From a virus, in the IMG/VR virus record IMGVR_UViG_3300032315_001186, positions 9,072-73,071 of that record: a DNA stretch of 64,000 nt; one strand, written 5' to 3'. Of the stretch, positions 1 to 9,850 are shown piece after piece (within the stretch, counting starts at the first letter, position 1; each line of letters begins with the position of its first letter). Under the pieces are notes generated by a model. The model made no database searches, had not been told where the DNA came from, and saw only the letters and a list, made by a program, of their open reading frames with translations. Position numbers and translations under genes: made by a program.

Positions 1-140
1 TAACTGAACAAGAAATTGACTATTGGAATAGAAGAGGATTGAACCCAAACTACATCTATGAGTTAGCTGAAAGTGGGTGGGAGAATCATATCAATCACCA
101 AAGTTTAACTCCATCAGAGGAAAGTATGTACCAATTTTGA
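1..140 (+). CDS. 3' end of a gene entering the window (possibly a DNA polymerase C-terminus)
   Basis: Open frame from nt 3 (TEQEIDYWNRRGLNPNYIYELAESGWE...) to TGA 138-140, overlapping the convergent gene. Identity is a weak guess. Confidence 0.4.
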   Translation, partial: TEQEIDYWNRRGLNPNYIYELAESGWENHINHQSLTPSEESMYQF

Positions 141-430
141 TATACAAAAACTAGTTCTATACAGGCACCTGTCTCTATTTGGATTTCATCCCAATGTTCA
201 TCAATTCTGTTGATATCAGGAACAATTAAAACACTCGTCAAAGCTTTAATTTTAATTCTATCAGTAGAAACACTGTTGAGGGTAATTTTACAATTCCCAA
301 CTCCTTTTACAACAATAGCATATTCACCATTTGTGGTGTATGTTTCCTCTGAAACAACCGCTAATTCTGAAGTTTTAACTTGTATACCATTGATTATTTT
401 TTCACTAGGTATCGATCTTATGATGGCCAT
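95..430 (-). CDS. hypothetical protein, 111 aa (possible virion protein)
   Basis: ORF 3 nt downstream of the neck gene, beta-rich composition. Confidence 0.7.
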   Translation of the reverse strand: MAIIRSIPSEKIINGIQVKTSELAVVSEETYTTNGEYAIVVKGVGNCKITLNSVSTDRIKIKALTSVLIVPDINRIDEHWDEIQIETGACIELVFVYQNWYILSSDGVKLW

Positions 431-433
431 ATT

Positions 434-1549
434 TTAAACTGTCGTTATTGGTACTGGAAATGCCCTGTACTGCAATTGTTTATTTAGATTTTCTGCAATT
501 TTAGCCTCTCTTTCCATTATAAATTCAGGTCTTAACCTTTCTAATCTTTTTGTTAATTCTTCCAAAAGTACCGTTTTTTCATCTTTTGCTTCGGTAGAGA
601 GTGAGGTGTAGTCCATTTGTAGTTCACTATCGGGTGTTTTTAAGTTTCCACTAAATTTACCCCTCACTCTAGCTAAAGTTTCTTTTGCATAAGCAGTCAA
701 CCATCTTCTAACCCATTGTTGTGCAGGATCATTCAAATCTTGCCAAGAAAGTGCATCTAATGGAATATCTGATGGTAATTTAACAATGTCTGGATTATCT
801 TTCAGACACTGATCTCTATCAGCATCGTTTGTATCATAATACCAATACCACACTTTACCTCTCATCAACTCCGAATTCCCGAAGTCAAATTTTCCACCAG
901 GTGTGTTGTATAACATTACGGCTTTTTTACCACCAGGTAATGCTGTGACTCTGTATTGTACGTCAGGTTGTATGATCCTTCGTTTGAGGTTAATGTCTTG
1001 AAGTCTAGATAAAACATCGTAGGATGAAAAAAAGAAATACCCCCCACTTCCCCATCCAGGTTGAGCAAATCCACCAGGCCCACCAATACCAGGCCCCCCA
1101 AGTGATCCAAAAGACCATGGATCGAAAAATGCACTATTTTGTTCAGAGGGTGAAAACCAAAGTAATTCATTGAGTTCTCTTCCTGCTGGTATTTCATAGA
1201 TCTGTTGATTTTGTTGTAACTGAAAATAATCCTTTTTAAGTACCCAAGGTCCTGAGTTTTGAAGTCCAACAATTTTTGAGTAGGCATAGGTATATTGAGT
1301 TTCCCAATCTAATGATCTTCTCACTAGTGCATTTGCGACGGATTGAGTGTCTAAATTCAGACCATACAATGAAGTCCATTGTGACTCTATTAACCAATCT
1401 TGGACATATTGGGTATAATCTCCAATGGAAAGTTCCATTAGTGAATCCATCATTTCATCTGTCAATTCTACGGAACGTAACGGGGCACCTAAGAGATTAA
1501 AAATTCTCTTGTACATTTTACTTCTTTCTGGTTCTGCTATAATATTCAT
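434..1549 (-). CDS. neck/head-tail adaptor protein (T4 gp13-like)
   Basis: N-terminal LLGAPLRSVELTDEMMD resembles the gp13-type LGAP-x-x-x-VE motif; C-terminal WVRRW..AYAKETL.RVRGKF.G helix pattern. Confidence 0.7.
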   Translation of the reverse strand: MNIIAEPERSKMYKRIFNLLGAPLRSVELTDEMMDSLMELSIGDYTQYVQDWLIESQWTSLYGLNLDTQSVANALVRRSLDWETQYTYAYSKIVGLQNSGPWVLKKDYFQLQQNQQIYEIPAGRELNELLWFSPSEQNSAFFDPWSFGSLGGPGIGGPGGFAQPGWGSGGYFFFSSYDVLSRLQDINLKRRIIQPDVQYRVTALPGGKKAVMLYNTPGGKFDFGNSELMRGKVWYWYYDTNDADRDQCLKDNPDIVKLPSDIPLDALSWQDLNDPAQQWVRRWLTAYAKETLARVRGKFSGNLKTPDSELQMDYTSLSTEAKDEKTVLLEELTKRLERLRPEFIMEREAKIAENLNKQLQYRAFPVPITTV

Positions 1550-1559
1550 TTTTTTTCAA

Positions 1560-3680
1560 TTAACAAGGTACACCCCATTGAGGTTTCTCAGCCGTCGTCC
1601 AAGATATTGGTGTCCCAGTATCGAAGTTAGTCGGTTGAACAGGGATTATTTCGACACACCAAGAACTAATATCTTGGTCGAACGAACTTGCGTTTAAGAA
1701 CATAGAGAACATATTGTTGGCATTAGCGGTGTCCCAATAGGCTATTGATTGATTGAAATTTGAACAACCTGAAAACGTAGAACTGAAGTTTGATACACTA
1801 GTGGTATTCCAAGATACTAATGGTTGGTTAAATAACGAACATCCCGCAAACGTAGTTCCCAAATTAGTTACGTTAAAACCACTAAAAATAGGCGAATTAA
1901 ATGATGAACAACTTCTAAATGTGTTTGCTAATGATACACTACCAATATTCAACATATCCCAGCTAGAAAGATTTTGGTTGAAAGAAATACATCCGAAAAA
2001 CATACCACTCATAAGTGTACAACTAGACATGTCCCAATTCGTCATTGGAGCGTTGAACAATGTACAGTTTCGGAACATTTCTGTCGTGTTAGTTACGGCT
2101 GACATTGTCCAACCTGAAAGATAAGGGAATAAAGTTATACTATTACAATTCTCGAACCAACTGTCCATACTCGTTACACCTTGTGTGTTTAATGTGTCTG
2201 TAAGTGCGTTGAGTGTTAAACCAGTACAGTTGAAAAATGCTCCAGTAGATTGAAGTGACCCGTAATTAATTTTAAGTTGACCCCATTGACTAATAGTTTT
2301 AAAATTATTTTTACTTGTACTATTCCCACTAAATGACCATCCCTCAATTGTACCCGTAATAGATACTGTGTAAGTACCTGGAGACACATATGTATGTGAA
2401 TTTGATGAAAAAAATGTAATTGTGTCGTACTGACCATCGCCCCAACTAACGAAGAAATTATAATTACCAAAACTCAACAATGGTAATTGAATCTGTTCAT
2501 TTGATGTTGTGGTTTCCCATGTACTAACAAAAGATGTTGGAACTATTGGGTCGGTTTGCGTTGGAGTTGGTGTTGCGTTAAGTGTTTGTGTTGGTGTTAA
2601 AGTATTAGTTGGTGTTGGTGTTTGTGTTGAACTCGAGGTTGGTGTTAAAGTATTAGTTGGAGTCAAAGTACTTGTTGGGGTAACTGTGGGTGTTCGAGTT
2701 GGAGTTGTCGTGATAGTTGGAGTCACAGTTGCTGAGGGTGTATTTGAGGGTGTAACCGCTAGACAGGCACAAGCTGGTTGATTACATATATTTTCAATAA
2801 TAAGTGCAGGATCAACAATATATGTATCTGGAGTACCTATAGTACTGTTCCAAAAATAATAACAATCTCCTTCAAATTGAATTCCACTGTCTTGTGGTAT
2901 TTCTATACTGTTTGAAATTGCAACGATCACCGAATTACTTGGAGGACAACAATTAATATATTCAAAAATGTTAAAAACTGTAGTTGGTGTGTTTGTCGGA
3001 GTAAGTGTTGGGGATGATGTAACAGAAGGTGTTAAACCAATAGTTTGTGTTGGTGTGACTGTAGAAGATGGTGTTGGTGTTGGATTATTAGAAGTCGGTG
3101 TTACGGTTGGTGTGGGTGTATGTGTTGGGGTTACCGTACTTGTGGGAGTATTCGATGGGGTTGCAATAATGTTATTACAAGATGTAACACTTGTAATTGT
3201 AGACCCTGAATTTTGATAATATAAAACAAAACCAGTTGTTGAGTTATCTTGTGTTGACGTAAGTGCTCTGTATCTATCCGCTGACACTACAACTATGGGT
3301 TCATCAGTTGATACACTAAAAACTTGATCACCAGGTCCTAAGGATGAAAGAGGTTTGGTTGTATATCCAATCAACAAAAGTGGTGTAAAGGCTCCAGCCA
3401 AACGACTACACGCAACTAATGAACTCGTCCTTAGAATATTAGAATCTGAGTAGACGTAAAATTTAGTTATCGATGGTGTCGTACTCGGAAAGTCAATTGT
3501 GTTAGTGATATTTTGACCTTCACTTGCAGTAATCAAGGTATTTGTTATGTACCAAACATTGATAGTCTCATTAGGTAAAATTTGTTGATTATCTATTAAT
3601 AGATTGTCACCACATCTTCGATAAGTAATCGAACTGATTTGAGATAGTGTATTTTGTATTGTTGACTTTTTACAGAACAT
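1560..3680 (-). CDS. surface/virion protein with Pro/Thr repeats, PKD-like domain and DUF285/BspA-type repeats
   Basis: TPT repeats; VSWGDG...HTYVSPGTYTVSITG (PKD-like); repeated FNQ.L..W.TS.V..M..MF..C units. Confidence 0.8.
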   Translation of the reverse strand: MFCKKSTIQNTLSQISSITYRRCGDNLLIDNQQILPNETINVWYITNTLITASEGQNITNTIDFPSTTPSITKFYVYSDSNILRTSSLVACSRLAGAFTPLLLIGYTTKPLSSLGPGDQVFSVSTDEPIVVVSADRYRALTSTQDNSTTGFVLYYQNSGSTITSVTSCNNIIATPSNTPTSTVTPTHTPTPTVTPTSNNPTPTPSSTVTPTQTIGLTPSVTSSPTLTPTNTPTTVFNIFEYINCCPPSNSVIVAISNSIEIPQDSGIQFEGDCYYFWNSTIGTPDTYIVDPALIIENICNQPACACLAVTPSNTPSATVTPTITTTPTRTPTVTPTSTLTPTNTLTPTSSSTQTPTPTNTLTPTQTLNATPTPTQTDPIVPTSFVSTWETTTSNEQIQLPLLSFGNYNFFVSWGDGQYDTITFFSSNSHTYVSPGTYTVSITGTIEGWSFSGNSTSKNNFKTISQWGQLKINYGSLQSTGAFFNCTGLTLNALTDTLNTQGVTSMDSWFENCNSITLFPYLSGWTMSAVTNTTEMFRNCTLFNAPMTNWDMSSCTLMSGMFFGCISFNQNLSSWDMLNIGSVSLANTFRSCSSFNSPIFSGFNVTNLGTTFAGCSLFNQPLVSWNTTSVSNFSSTFSGCSNFNQSIAYWDTANANNMFSMFLNASSFDQDISSWCVEIIPVQPTNFDTGTPISWTTAEKPQWGVPC

Positions 3681-3712
3681 ATTTCTTTTTTTTCTATAAA
3701 TATATGTTCTTA

Positions 3713-4441
3713 CTATAATCTATCAGCAACATAGTCCCAATCTACAACTCTCCAAAAATTTTTTATGTATTCATCTCTTCTATTTTGATATTTGAGATAG
3801 TATGCATGTTCCCATACGTCCAAACCAAGAAGTGGTTTCCCCCCATCTTTAACAAAACTCATCATCGGATTATCTTGATTTTGTGTTGTTACAATTTTTA
3901 ATTTACCATTGTCTTTAAGTATTAACCAAACCCAACCAGAACCGAATACACTTTTTGCCGCTTCATCAAACTTTTTTTTGAATTCCTTTACAGTACCAAA
4001 ATTTGAGTTGATTCTTGATTCCAACTTCATAGGTATTTTTGGTAAATTTGGTGTTAACATATTCCAAAACAAGGAATGATTGTATGCACCACCAGCATTA
4101 TCACGAATGAGTTTTTCATTCTCCTTAACCGATGAAACAATTTCTTCTAAAGACATAGTTTCATATCGTTTACCTTTTGTTGCTAGATTCAATTTATCAA
4201 CGTATCCTTTGTAATGTTTCGTATAGTGAACATTCATCGTTGTTGGATCGATGAAAGCTTTTAATGATGTAAAAGAATACGGTAGTGGTTCAAAAATAAC
4301 ATTACCGTGTTTGATCTTGGATTTTTTTTGTTCTTCAATTACCCTTCTACGTTCCTCAATTTTCTGTTCAATTAAATCAATTCTATTTTCCAAATATTTC
4401 ATACCCACCAAGACTTTAGTGTCTTCAATAAGTATTTTCAA
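3713..4441 (-). CDS. sodA: Fe/Mn superoxide dismutase (Mn-type signature) with N-terminal coiled-coil extension
   Basis: HYTKH, GGAYNHSLFW, FGSGWVWL, NQD, DVWEHAYY ligand motifs. The start codon (TTG) is uncertain. Confidence 0.9.
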   Translation of the reverse strand: MKILIEDTKVLVGMKYLENRIDLIEQKIEERRRVIEEQKKSKIKHGNVIFEPLPYSFTSLKAFIDPTTMNVHYTKHYKGYVDKLNLATKGKRYETMSLEEIVSSVKENEKLIRDNAGGAYNHSLFWNMLTPNLPKIPMKLESRINSNFGTVKEFKKKFDEAAKSVFGSGWVWLILKDNGKLKIVTTQNQDNPMMSFVKDGGKPLLGLDVWEHAYYLKYQNRRDEYIKNFWRVVDWDYVADRL

Positions 4442-7302
4442 TTTCTCTTTTCGTTAATAGATTGAAGTATATTTTCAAGAGCATCCCCTTCAAACAACAT
4501 TGTATCACCCATCACTGTGTTGATAATTCTTTTTTTCTTATCTAGAATATCATAGATAATTCCTTCAATTGTATTTTCAAATAAAGGATAGTAAACCACA
4601 ACAGTATTTTTTTGTCCATATCGGTATGCTCTATCTTCAGCTTGAGAATGATCGGATGGTAAAAATGACAAGTCATTCATAATCACAGTTTCTGCTGCGG
4701 TCAAAGTTAAACCAACACCTGCGGCTTTGATGTTACCAACAAATACTTTTACTTTATCGTCGGTTTGGAATTTATCCACAGCGTCTTGTCTTTCTCCTTT
4801 TGGAGTCGATCCGTCAAGTTTTACCGCGACTTTTTTGAAGTGGTTGTAAATTGCATTCAGGGAATCTGTGAAGTTACAAAAAATAATAACTTTTTTATCT
4901 TGATCTAAAATGTTTTCACATAATTCTATCGTTTGAGCAACCTTTTCGTTTGCAATAATTTGTCTGACTTTTGCGATTTTGGAAAATTGCATAGTAAGAG
5001 AATTGGATTCTCCACCTTTGTCGTACCACTCGTAATACTCACCCATCACATCTTCATATTCTTTGGATCTTAATCTCATATAAACTGGTGTGATAATTTT
5101 TTCAGGTAGATCCAAAACATCATTTTTCAAACGACGTAGGACAAATGGCTTGGTTCTTTCATAGAGTTCTTCAAGATTAGAAGCCCCACTTACATTCCAA
5201 ATTTTTCGATTACCAGCACGGAATTGATATCCGTTACAATATCTTTTTACATAGGCCATCCAATTTTGCGCGACATTACAATCAACAAGATTGAGTAAAT
5301 TAAAATAATTAATAGGACGAGACGTGACAGGTGTTCCAGTCAACAACCAAACTTTGTCTGTTATCCTAGCGATATCATTTACAAGTTTTGTTCTTTGTGC
5401 TTGTGTATTACAAATTGCGTGAGCCTCATCAACAATAATTAAATCAAAACCCGAATTACGTATAATTGATTCTACGTCTTTTTCCAGACTATGAAAATTT
5501 TTAAGGATATCGTAGTTGATAATAACATAATCAGCGTCTTCCCATTTTTTACCCTCAACAATTGAAATGGTCTTATCAGAATAATTTTCAATTTCTCTTT
5601 TCCAATTTATTTTAAGAGATGCTGGACAAATTACAAGTATTTTTTTGGATTGTGACTCTACTGAAGCCACAACAGCAGAAGTTGTGTTGTGTGTAACAAT
5701 ACAATGTTCTGCTACATATAATTTGTCTGGAGCATCTACAGAAATACATGTACAATAATCTTCACCTTGTTTTTCAATTTTACTGATGTATCTACCCGTT
5801 TGATATTTTTGTGGTTCGTTGTATCTCTCTGATTTCCTTTTTAATCTGAACGGGTTCATACCCTTAGGTAGTTTTACATTCACTCTATATGATGGTCTAC
5901 ATTCAACCCGTCTACCATCTTTTTTATAAAAACTTCTCCTCCATTTTTTTCTTACAATCCCACCTAGTGTGTGAACAATCTCACATAGATCATCACAAAG
6001 TTTTTCAGATACTGTTGAGAATTCGGTTCCACAAAACTTTCCATTTTCTGATAACATACAATGTCCATCGGTATCCATTAGCCCTTGGAGTATAGCCAAA
6101 CGATCCTCCACAGAAGAATATTTGTAGATGTCAGGTATAAATTTATTATGAGAACGAGTATTAGCTAGTGATAAATTTTTTAGGACATCACCAATAAAAA
6201 TAGAACAATTACGTTTATTACCTTCTGATCTATTCTCATTAATAGAAATGTTATTGAATAATTCATCAAAATCATCTTTATGTATTTGAAATCTACATAA
6301 ACTATTAATGATGTGACCATCACCCAACATTAAACCCAAAAGGTATGGTTCTATTGGTAATTGATGATTATTTTGAAATTCAATTGGTTTCACAATTGGT
6401 ATTTGCCATTTGTTTGCACCATTTGATCCTTTATAGTGAGTATTGATTGAGTATGTTCTGAAATGATTGTATCCACGTCCTTTGTCCTCTATTGTCTGAT
6501 TTTCGTACATTTGTTTTGTAGACAATATCAAAGATTTTTTAAGTCTACTATTGTTTGAATTTTTTCCGTGATTTGAGGAAGATACTGACCAGAGATGTTC
6601 ATCGTCCGTAAATATTGAGTATCCATCGTTGAACGTAATTTTATACGTTTCTTTTTTTCCCTGTGGGAAAACCCCAATTACATTATATGGTTTTCCATCC
6701 GAACCGATTACTTTATCTCCAATAACAATTTCACCCATTTTCTTAGTACCAGTTGGTGTGTAAATCAAAGTATTATTGATCATTGCTTTACCAAGTCCCA
6801 AATCATCAGCTAAAATGTATTTTTTATTCTCACATAAAGTTTTAACCGCTTCTTTTTGGTGTTCGAGTAAAGGTCTATAACTGTATTTTTCAAAATCTAT
6901 TTCTACATTTTTGACTTTGTTGTCTTTAATGATCGCAACTTTTGGAATCCAAAAATCGTGAAGTCCTTGTTTCTCAAAATAATAACCCCAAATATGATAA
7001 GCGGTTTCTTTTTCAACCAAGAGTTTTTCAATCCAAATTTGATTTGGAACTTCTGTAAACATTTTTTCATCCGCAATTTTGTTTGCAAAATATGAATCTA
7101 ATGTTACCCACTTTTTAGCAACCTTTGGTTCTTTTTTGTGAAACTTAATTATGTACTCCGTTTGAGTGGCATTTGGAAAAAACTTAGAGTTCGTCAATTT
7201 TTTTTGACGAAGTTTTAAAATATAGTTATTCGCCCCCGAATAATTATCCAATATATCGAGCGCTTGATTCTCCCTTGCGTTTAGTTGATTTTCCAAAAAC
7301 AA
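4438..7302 (-). CDS. SNF2/SWI2-family helicase (HARP-like) containing an intein
   Basis: LADDLGLGK|T Walker A, ICPASLK, DEAH, LTGTP, GVGLTLT, QAEDRAYRYGQ motifs. Confidence 0.92.
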   Translation of the reverse strand: MFLENQLNARENQALDILDNYSGANNYILKLRQKKLTNSKFFPNATQTEYIIKFHKKEPKVAKKWVTLDSYFANKIADEKMFTEVPNQIWIEKLLVEKETAYHIWGYYFEKQGLHDFWIPKVAIIKDNKVKNVEIDFEKYSYRPLLEHQKEAVKTLCENKKYILADDLGLGKAMINNTLIYTPTGTKKMGEIVIGDKVIGSDGKPYNVIGVFPQGKKETYKITFNDGYSIFTDDEHLWSVSSSNHGKNSNNSRLKKSLILSTKQMYENQTIEDKGRGYNHFRTYSINTHYKGSNGANKWQIPIVKPIEFQNNHQLPIEPYLLGLMLGDGHIINSLCRFQIHKDDFDELFNNISINENRSEGNKRNCSIFIGDVLKNLSLANTRSHNKFIPDIYKYSSVEDRLAILQGLMDTDGHCMLSENGKFCGTEFSTVSEKLCDDLCEIVHTLGGIVRKKWRRSFYKKDGRRVECRPSYRVNVKLPKGMNPFRLKRKSERYNEPQKYQTGRYISKIEKQGEDYCTCISVDAPDKLYVAEHCIVTHNTTSAVVASVESQSKKILVICPASLKINWKREIENYSDKTISIVEGKKWEDADYVIINYDILKNFHSLEKDVESIIRNSGFDLIIVDEAHAICNTQAQRTKLVNDIARITDKVWLLTGTPVTSRPINYFNLLNLVDCNVAQNWMAYVKRYCNGYQFRAGNRKIWNVSGASNLEELYERTKPFVLRRLKNDVLDLPEKIITPVYMRLRSKEYEDVMGEYYEWYDKGGESNSLTMQFSKIAKVRQIIANEKVAQTIELCENILDQDKKVIIFCNFTDSLNAIYNHFKKVAVKLDGSTPKGERQDAVDKFQTDDKVKVFVGNIKAAGVGLTLTAAETVIMNDLSFLPSDHSQAEDRAYRYGQKNTVVVYYPLFENTIEGIIYDILDKKKRIINTVMGDTMLFEGDALENILQSINEKRN
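5686..6786 (-). mobile_element. class 3 intein (367 aa) with LAGLIDADG homing endonuclease, in helicase Walker A
   Basis: GLGK|AMINNT...HLW...CISVD...VTHN|T; LLGLMLGDG and LQGLMDTDG motifs. Confidence 0.88.
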
Positions 7303-7329
7303 ATAAATTAAATATAATAATGAAATAGA

Positions 7330-7336
7330 TATTTAT
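7330..7336 (+). promoter_or_regulatory. TATTTAT putative phage (late) promoter motif, representative copy
   Basis: Same heptamer on the sense strand shortly upstream of many gene starts (also 11625, 17376, 19868, 21898, 33700, 38739, 45245, 47842, 56803, 63931; minus strand 3696-3702, 11580-11586, 17407-17413). Confidence 0.65.
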
Positions 7337-7341
7337 CAAGT

Positions 7342-7857
7342 ATGACACAAAATCAAGTTCCAATAACAAGGTTAGGTAAGTTTTTCGGTCAAGAAGATTT
7401 TGATTTGGATATAAATATGGGTAGAGAATGGCTCGATGGTGATATGAATTTCACCATTGTTGTATATCGTGTAAACAAACAAAAAACAAATCAAGATGAT
7501 GTGTATGGTGAGGCTTTACCTCAGTCCATAGAGTTCTTACCACCAATTTCTGTAAATGCGTATTTACAAATTCTACAACCAGACAATTCGTTTTTGGGTA
7601 ATTCTAAAATACTACAAAATGAACCAGGTAATATAAAATTTGCAATCTACCAAAAAGATTTGGACGATTTACAAATATCTATCAGTTTGGGTGACTACAT
7701 AGGTTATTGGATCACAGAAAATCAAGTGAGATATTATTCTGTTGTTGATAAAGGTATTCCAAACTACGACAACAAACATACCTATGGTGGGTATAAACCT
7801 TTCTATGTAAGTTACATTGCAACCCCAGTGACTGCTAATGAATTTATGGGGATTTAA
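7342..7857 (+). CDS. head closure/neck protein (T4 gp14-like)
   Basis: DDVYGEA motif, size and position among neck genes. Confidence 0.55.
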   Translation: MTQNQVPITRLGKFFGQEDFDLDINMGREWLDGDMNFTIVVYRVNKQKTNQDDVYGEALPQSIEFLPPISVNAYLQILQPDNSFLGNSKILQNEPGNIKFAIYQKDLDDLQISISLGDYIGYWITENQVRYYSVVDKGIPNYDNKHTYGGYKPFYVSYIATPVTANEFMGI

Positions 7858-7863
7858 GTTTAA

Positions 7864-9783
7864 ATGATGAAAACTCAAATTATTAGAGAATTAATTCAGA
7901 AATTAAGATCTGAAAACAAAGACGATAATGTTACTGGAATATCATATAGTAATAAGATTATCAATGGGAAATTTACGAACCACTTAAGTGTTACATTTTA
8001 TGTTCAACGTAAAATTAATAAAGATGAGATAAATCCTCAATTTTTAATACCTGATAAAATTGAATATTCAGGATATGAATTTTTAACGGATGTTAGTACG
8101 GTTGAAGTTGATTATTCTTCAGCTGAATGTCCCGATAGTTTTTATGATTGGCAAACTAATCCAATCCCATTCGAGAAAGTATCTAAACTCTCGGGTGGTA
8201 CTAATATTTTATTTTGTACATTAGGGGGGTTAGTCATTGATAACACCACCAACTCTCTCGCGGGATTGACTAATGCTCATTGTGGTTGGTGGAAAAACAT
8301 AAATTCAGATGTAAATCCTTTTTTTCCTTTGAATTATGGAACAACACAAATATATTACAATGGTACAAACAACGATGCTCAAATTGTTGGTATCCAAAAA
8401 AGATATAGTCCAGGTTTTAGACCACCAACAACAACTAAAGTTGATGCTGCTTTATTAACAGTACCATATGATTTAATAGATTTTACAACATCTTATCGAC
8501 AGGTAGGACTTACAGGTTGGACACAACCTATGGATTTTGCCACAACAGAAGAAATAGATAATTTGATTTTTACAAAAGGAAATTTATACAGTACAGGAAT
8601 AACCACAGGTGCTAAGGGTGAGGGTGAAATGAAGTTGGTGTGTGTAGCAACACACTTTTATCATGAATTCCGAGGTATTCCACAAGTTGAGGATATGGTT
8701 GTTTATGTTGCTAGTGCTACAACAACACCCAATGGTACCGCGTGTCCTTACCCGATTTATTATGGTGATAGTGGATCAATTGTTTCGGCAGACATAAATG
8801 GTGTACGTAAAATAATTGGATTGGGAAGTTTGATGGTTACATATCGTACACCTTCAGGTGATCCTCTTTATGGTGCTGGGGTAGTAAGAATTGATAACAT
8901 TGTCGAAAGTCTTGATATTTCACCTTGGACAGGTCAAACAGATATTTCTTTTTCGAGCACTGCGAACACAGAAACGTATTATACAGAATCAAATTACAAT
9001 AACAAAACCATACAATTATCTGGTAAAACTTTTTGGCAATGGGGACAAATTGTAACCACACCCACACCATCTGTCACTGTCACCCCAACTTTATCCTATA
9101 ATTCAACACCATATCCAACAGTTACTCCGACAATCACACAAACAGTCACTCGTACCCCAGATCCCAATTGTTCACCATTTACGAATGTTATTTGTTATAC
9201 TTATCGAATTGATTTTCTACCCCTTGGAATTTCAAATTCCTTTTATCCCACACTATCTATTTGGGTAACATACAAAGATTGTTTTGACCCAAATATTATT
9301 AAGTTGGTAGAAGTCCCATTAAATATTCCAAAATTTATATGTTCATCAGAAGTACCAATTGTGGTTAATAGTAAAGAAAATACAGCTACAGATGGATGTC
9401 CTGACATTGAGGACTTCACATCAATCACAAAACTTGAGGTTTGTGGTTCACATTGTCCACCACCTAATCCAACCCCATCCGCAACTCCTACAAATTATTT
9501 ATTGTATAGTAATTTACTACCAGCACAAGGATCTACGACTTTTGAATTAGCATGTTCTAGACTCACCTCGGAAACTGCAATTTTATGGGGTTATAGTACA
9601 AAACCCTTGAGTGAGATGGGGTTAGCGGATGTGATTTATGATATAAACACAAATCTACCAAAACAAACATTTGGTCTTAGATTTAGAGCATTTAGTGCGA
9701 CCCCAGATGTCTCGACTCAAAAATATGTTATTTATTGGCAGAATAGTGGTAGTTCGATAACATCTGTTGAACCTTGTATTTAA
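7864..9783 (+). CDS. trypsin-like (Nal1-like) serine protease fused to Pro/Thr linker, Cys-rich module and a C-terminal domain
   Basis: Catalytic triad motifs LTNAHC, VDAAL, GDSGS. Confidence 0.75.
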   Translation: MMKTQIIRELIQKLRSENKDDNVTGISYSNKIINGKFTNHLSVTFYVQRKINKDEINPQFLIPDKIEYSGYEFLTDVSTVEVDYSSAECPDSFYDWQTNPIPFEKVSKLSGGTNILFCTLGGLVIDNTTNSLAGLTNAHCGWWKNINSDVNPFFPLNYGTTQIYYNGTNNDAQIVGIQKRYSPGFRPPTTTKVDAALLTVPYDLIDFTTSYRQVGLTGWTQPMDFATTEEIDNLIFTKGNLYSTGITTGAKGEGEMKLVCVATHFYHEFRGIPQVEDMVVYVASATTTPNGTACPYPIYYGDSGSIVSADINGVRKIIGLGSLMVTYRTPSGDPLYGAGVVRIDNIVESLDISPWTGQTDISFSSTANTETYYTESNYNNKTIQLSGKTFWQWGQIVTTPTPSVTVTPTLSYNSTPYPTVTPTITQTVTRTPDPNCSPFTNVICYTYRIDFLPLGISNSFYPTLSIWVTYKDCFDPNIIKLVEVPLNIPKFICSSEVPIVVNSKENTATDGCPDIEDFTSITKLEVCGSHCPPPNPTPSATPTNYLLYSNLLPAQGSTTFELACSRLTSETAILWGYSTKPLSEMGLADVIYDINTNLPKQTFGLRFRAFSATPDVSTQKYVIYWQNSGSSITSVEPCI

Positions 9784-9850
9784 TACTCAGTCTTTACCTA
9801 TTCGATCATTTAATATCAATATAATATCTTCTGATTAATATTTACCATAA

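Noticed and set aside
2509-3216. Val/Gly-rich ORFs (also 10858-11076 and 60291-60614)
   Set aside because: Antisense shadows of Pro/Thr repeat codons, which lack stops on the opposite strand.
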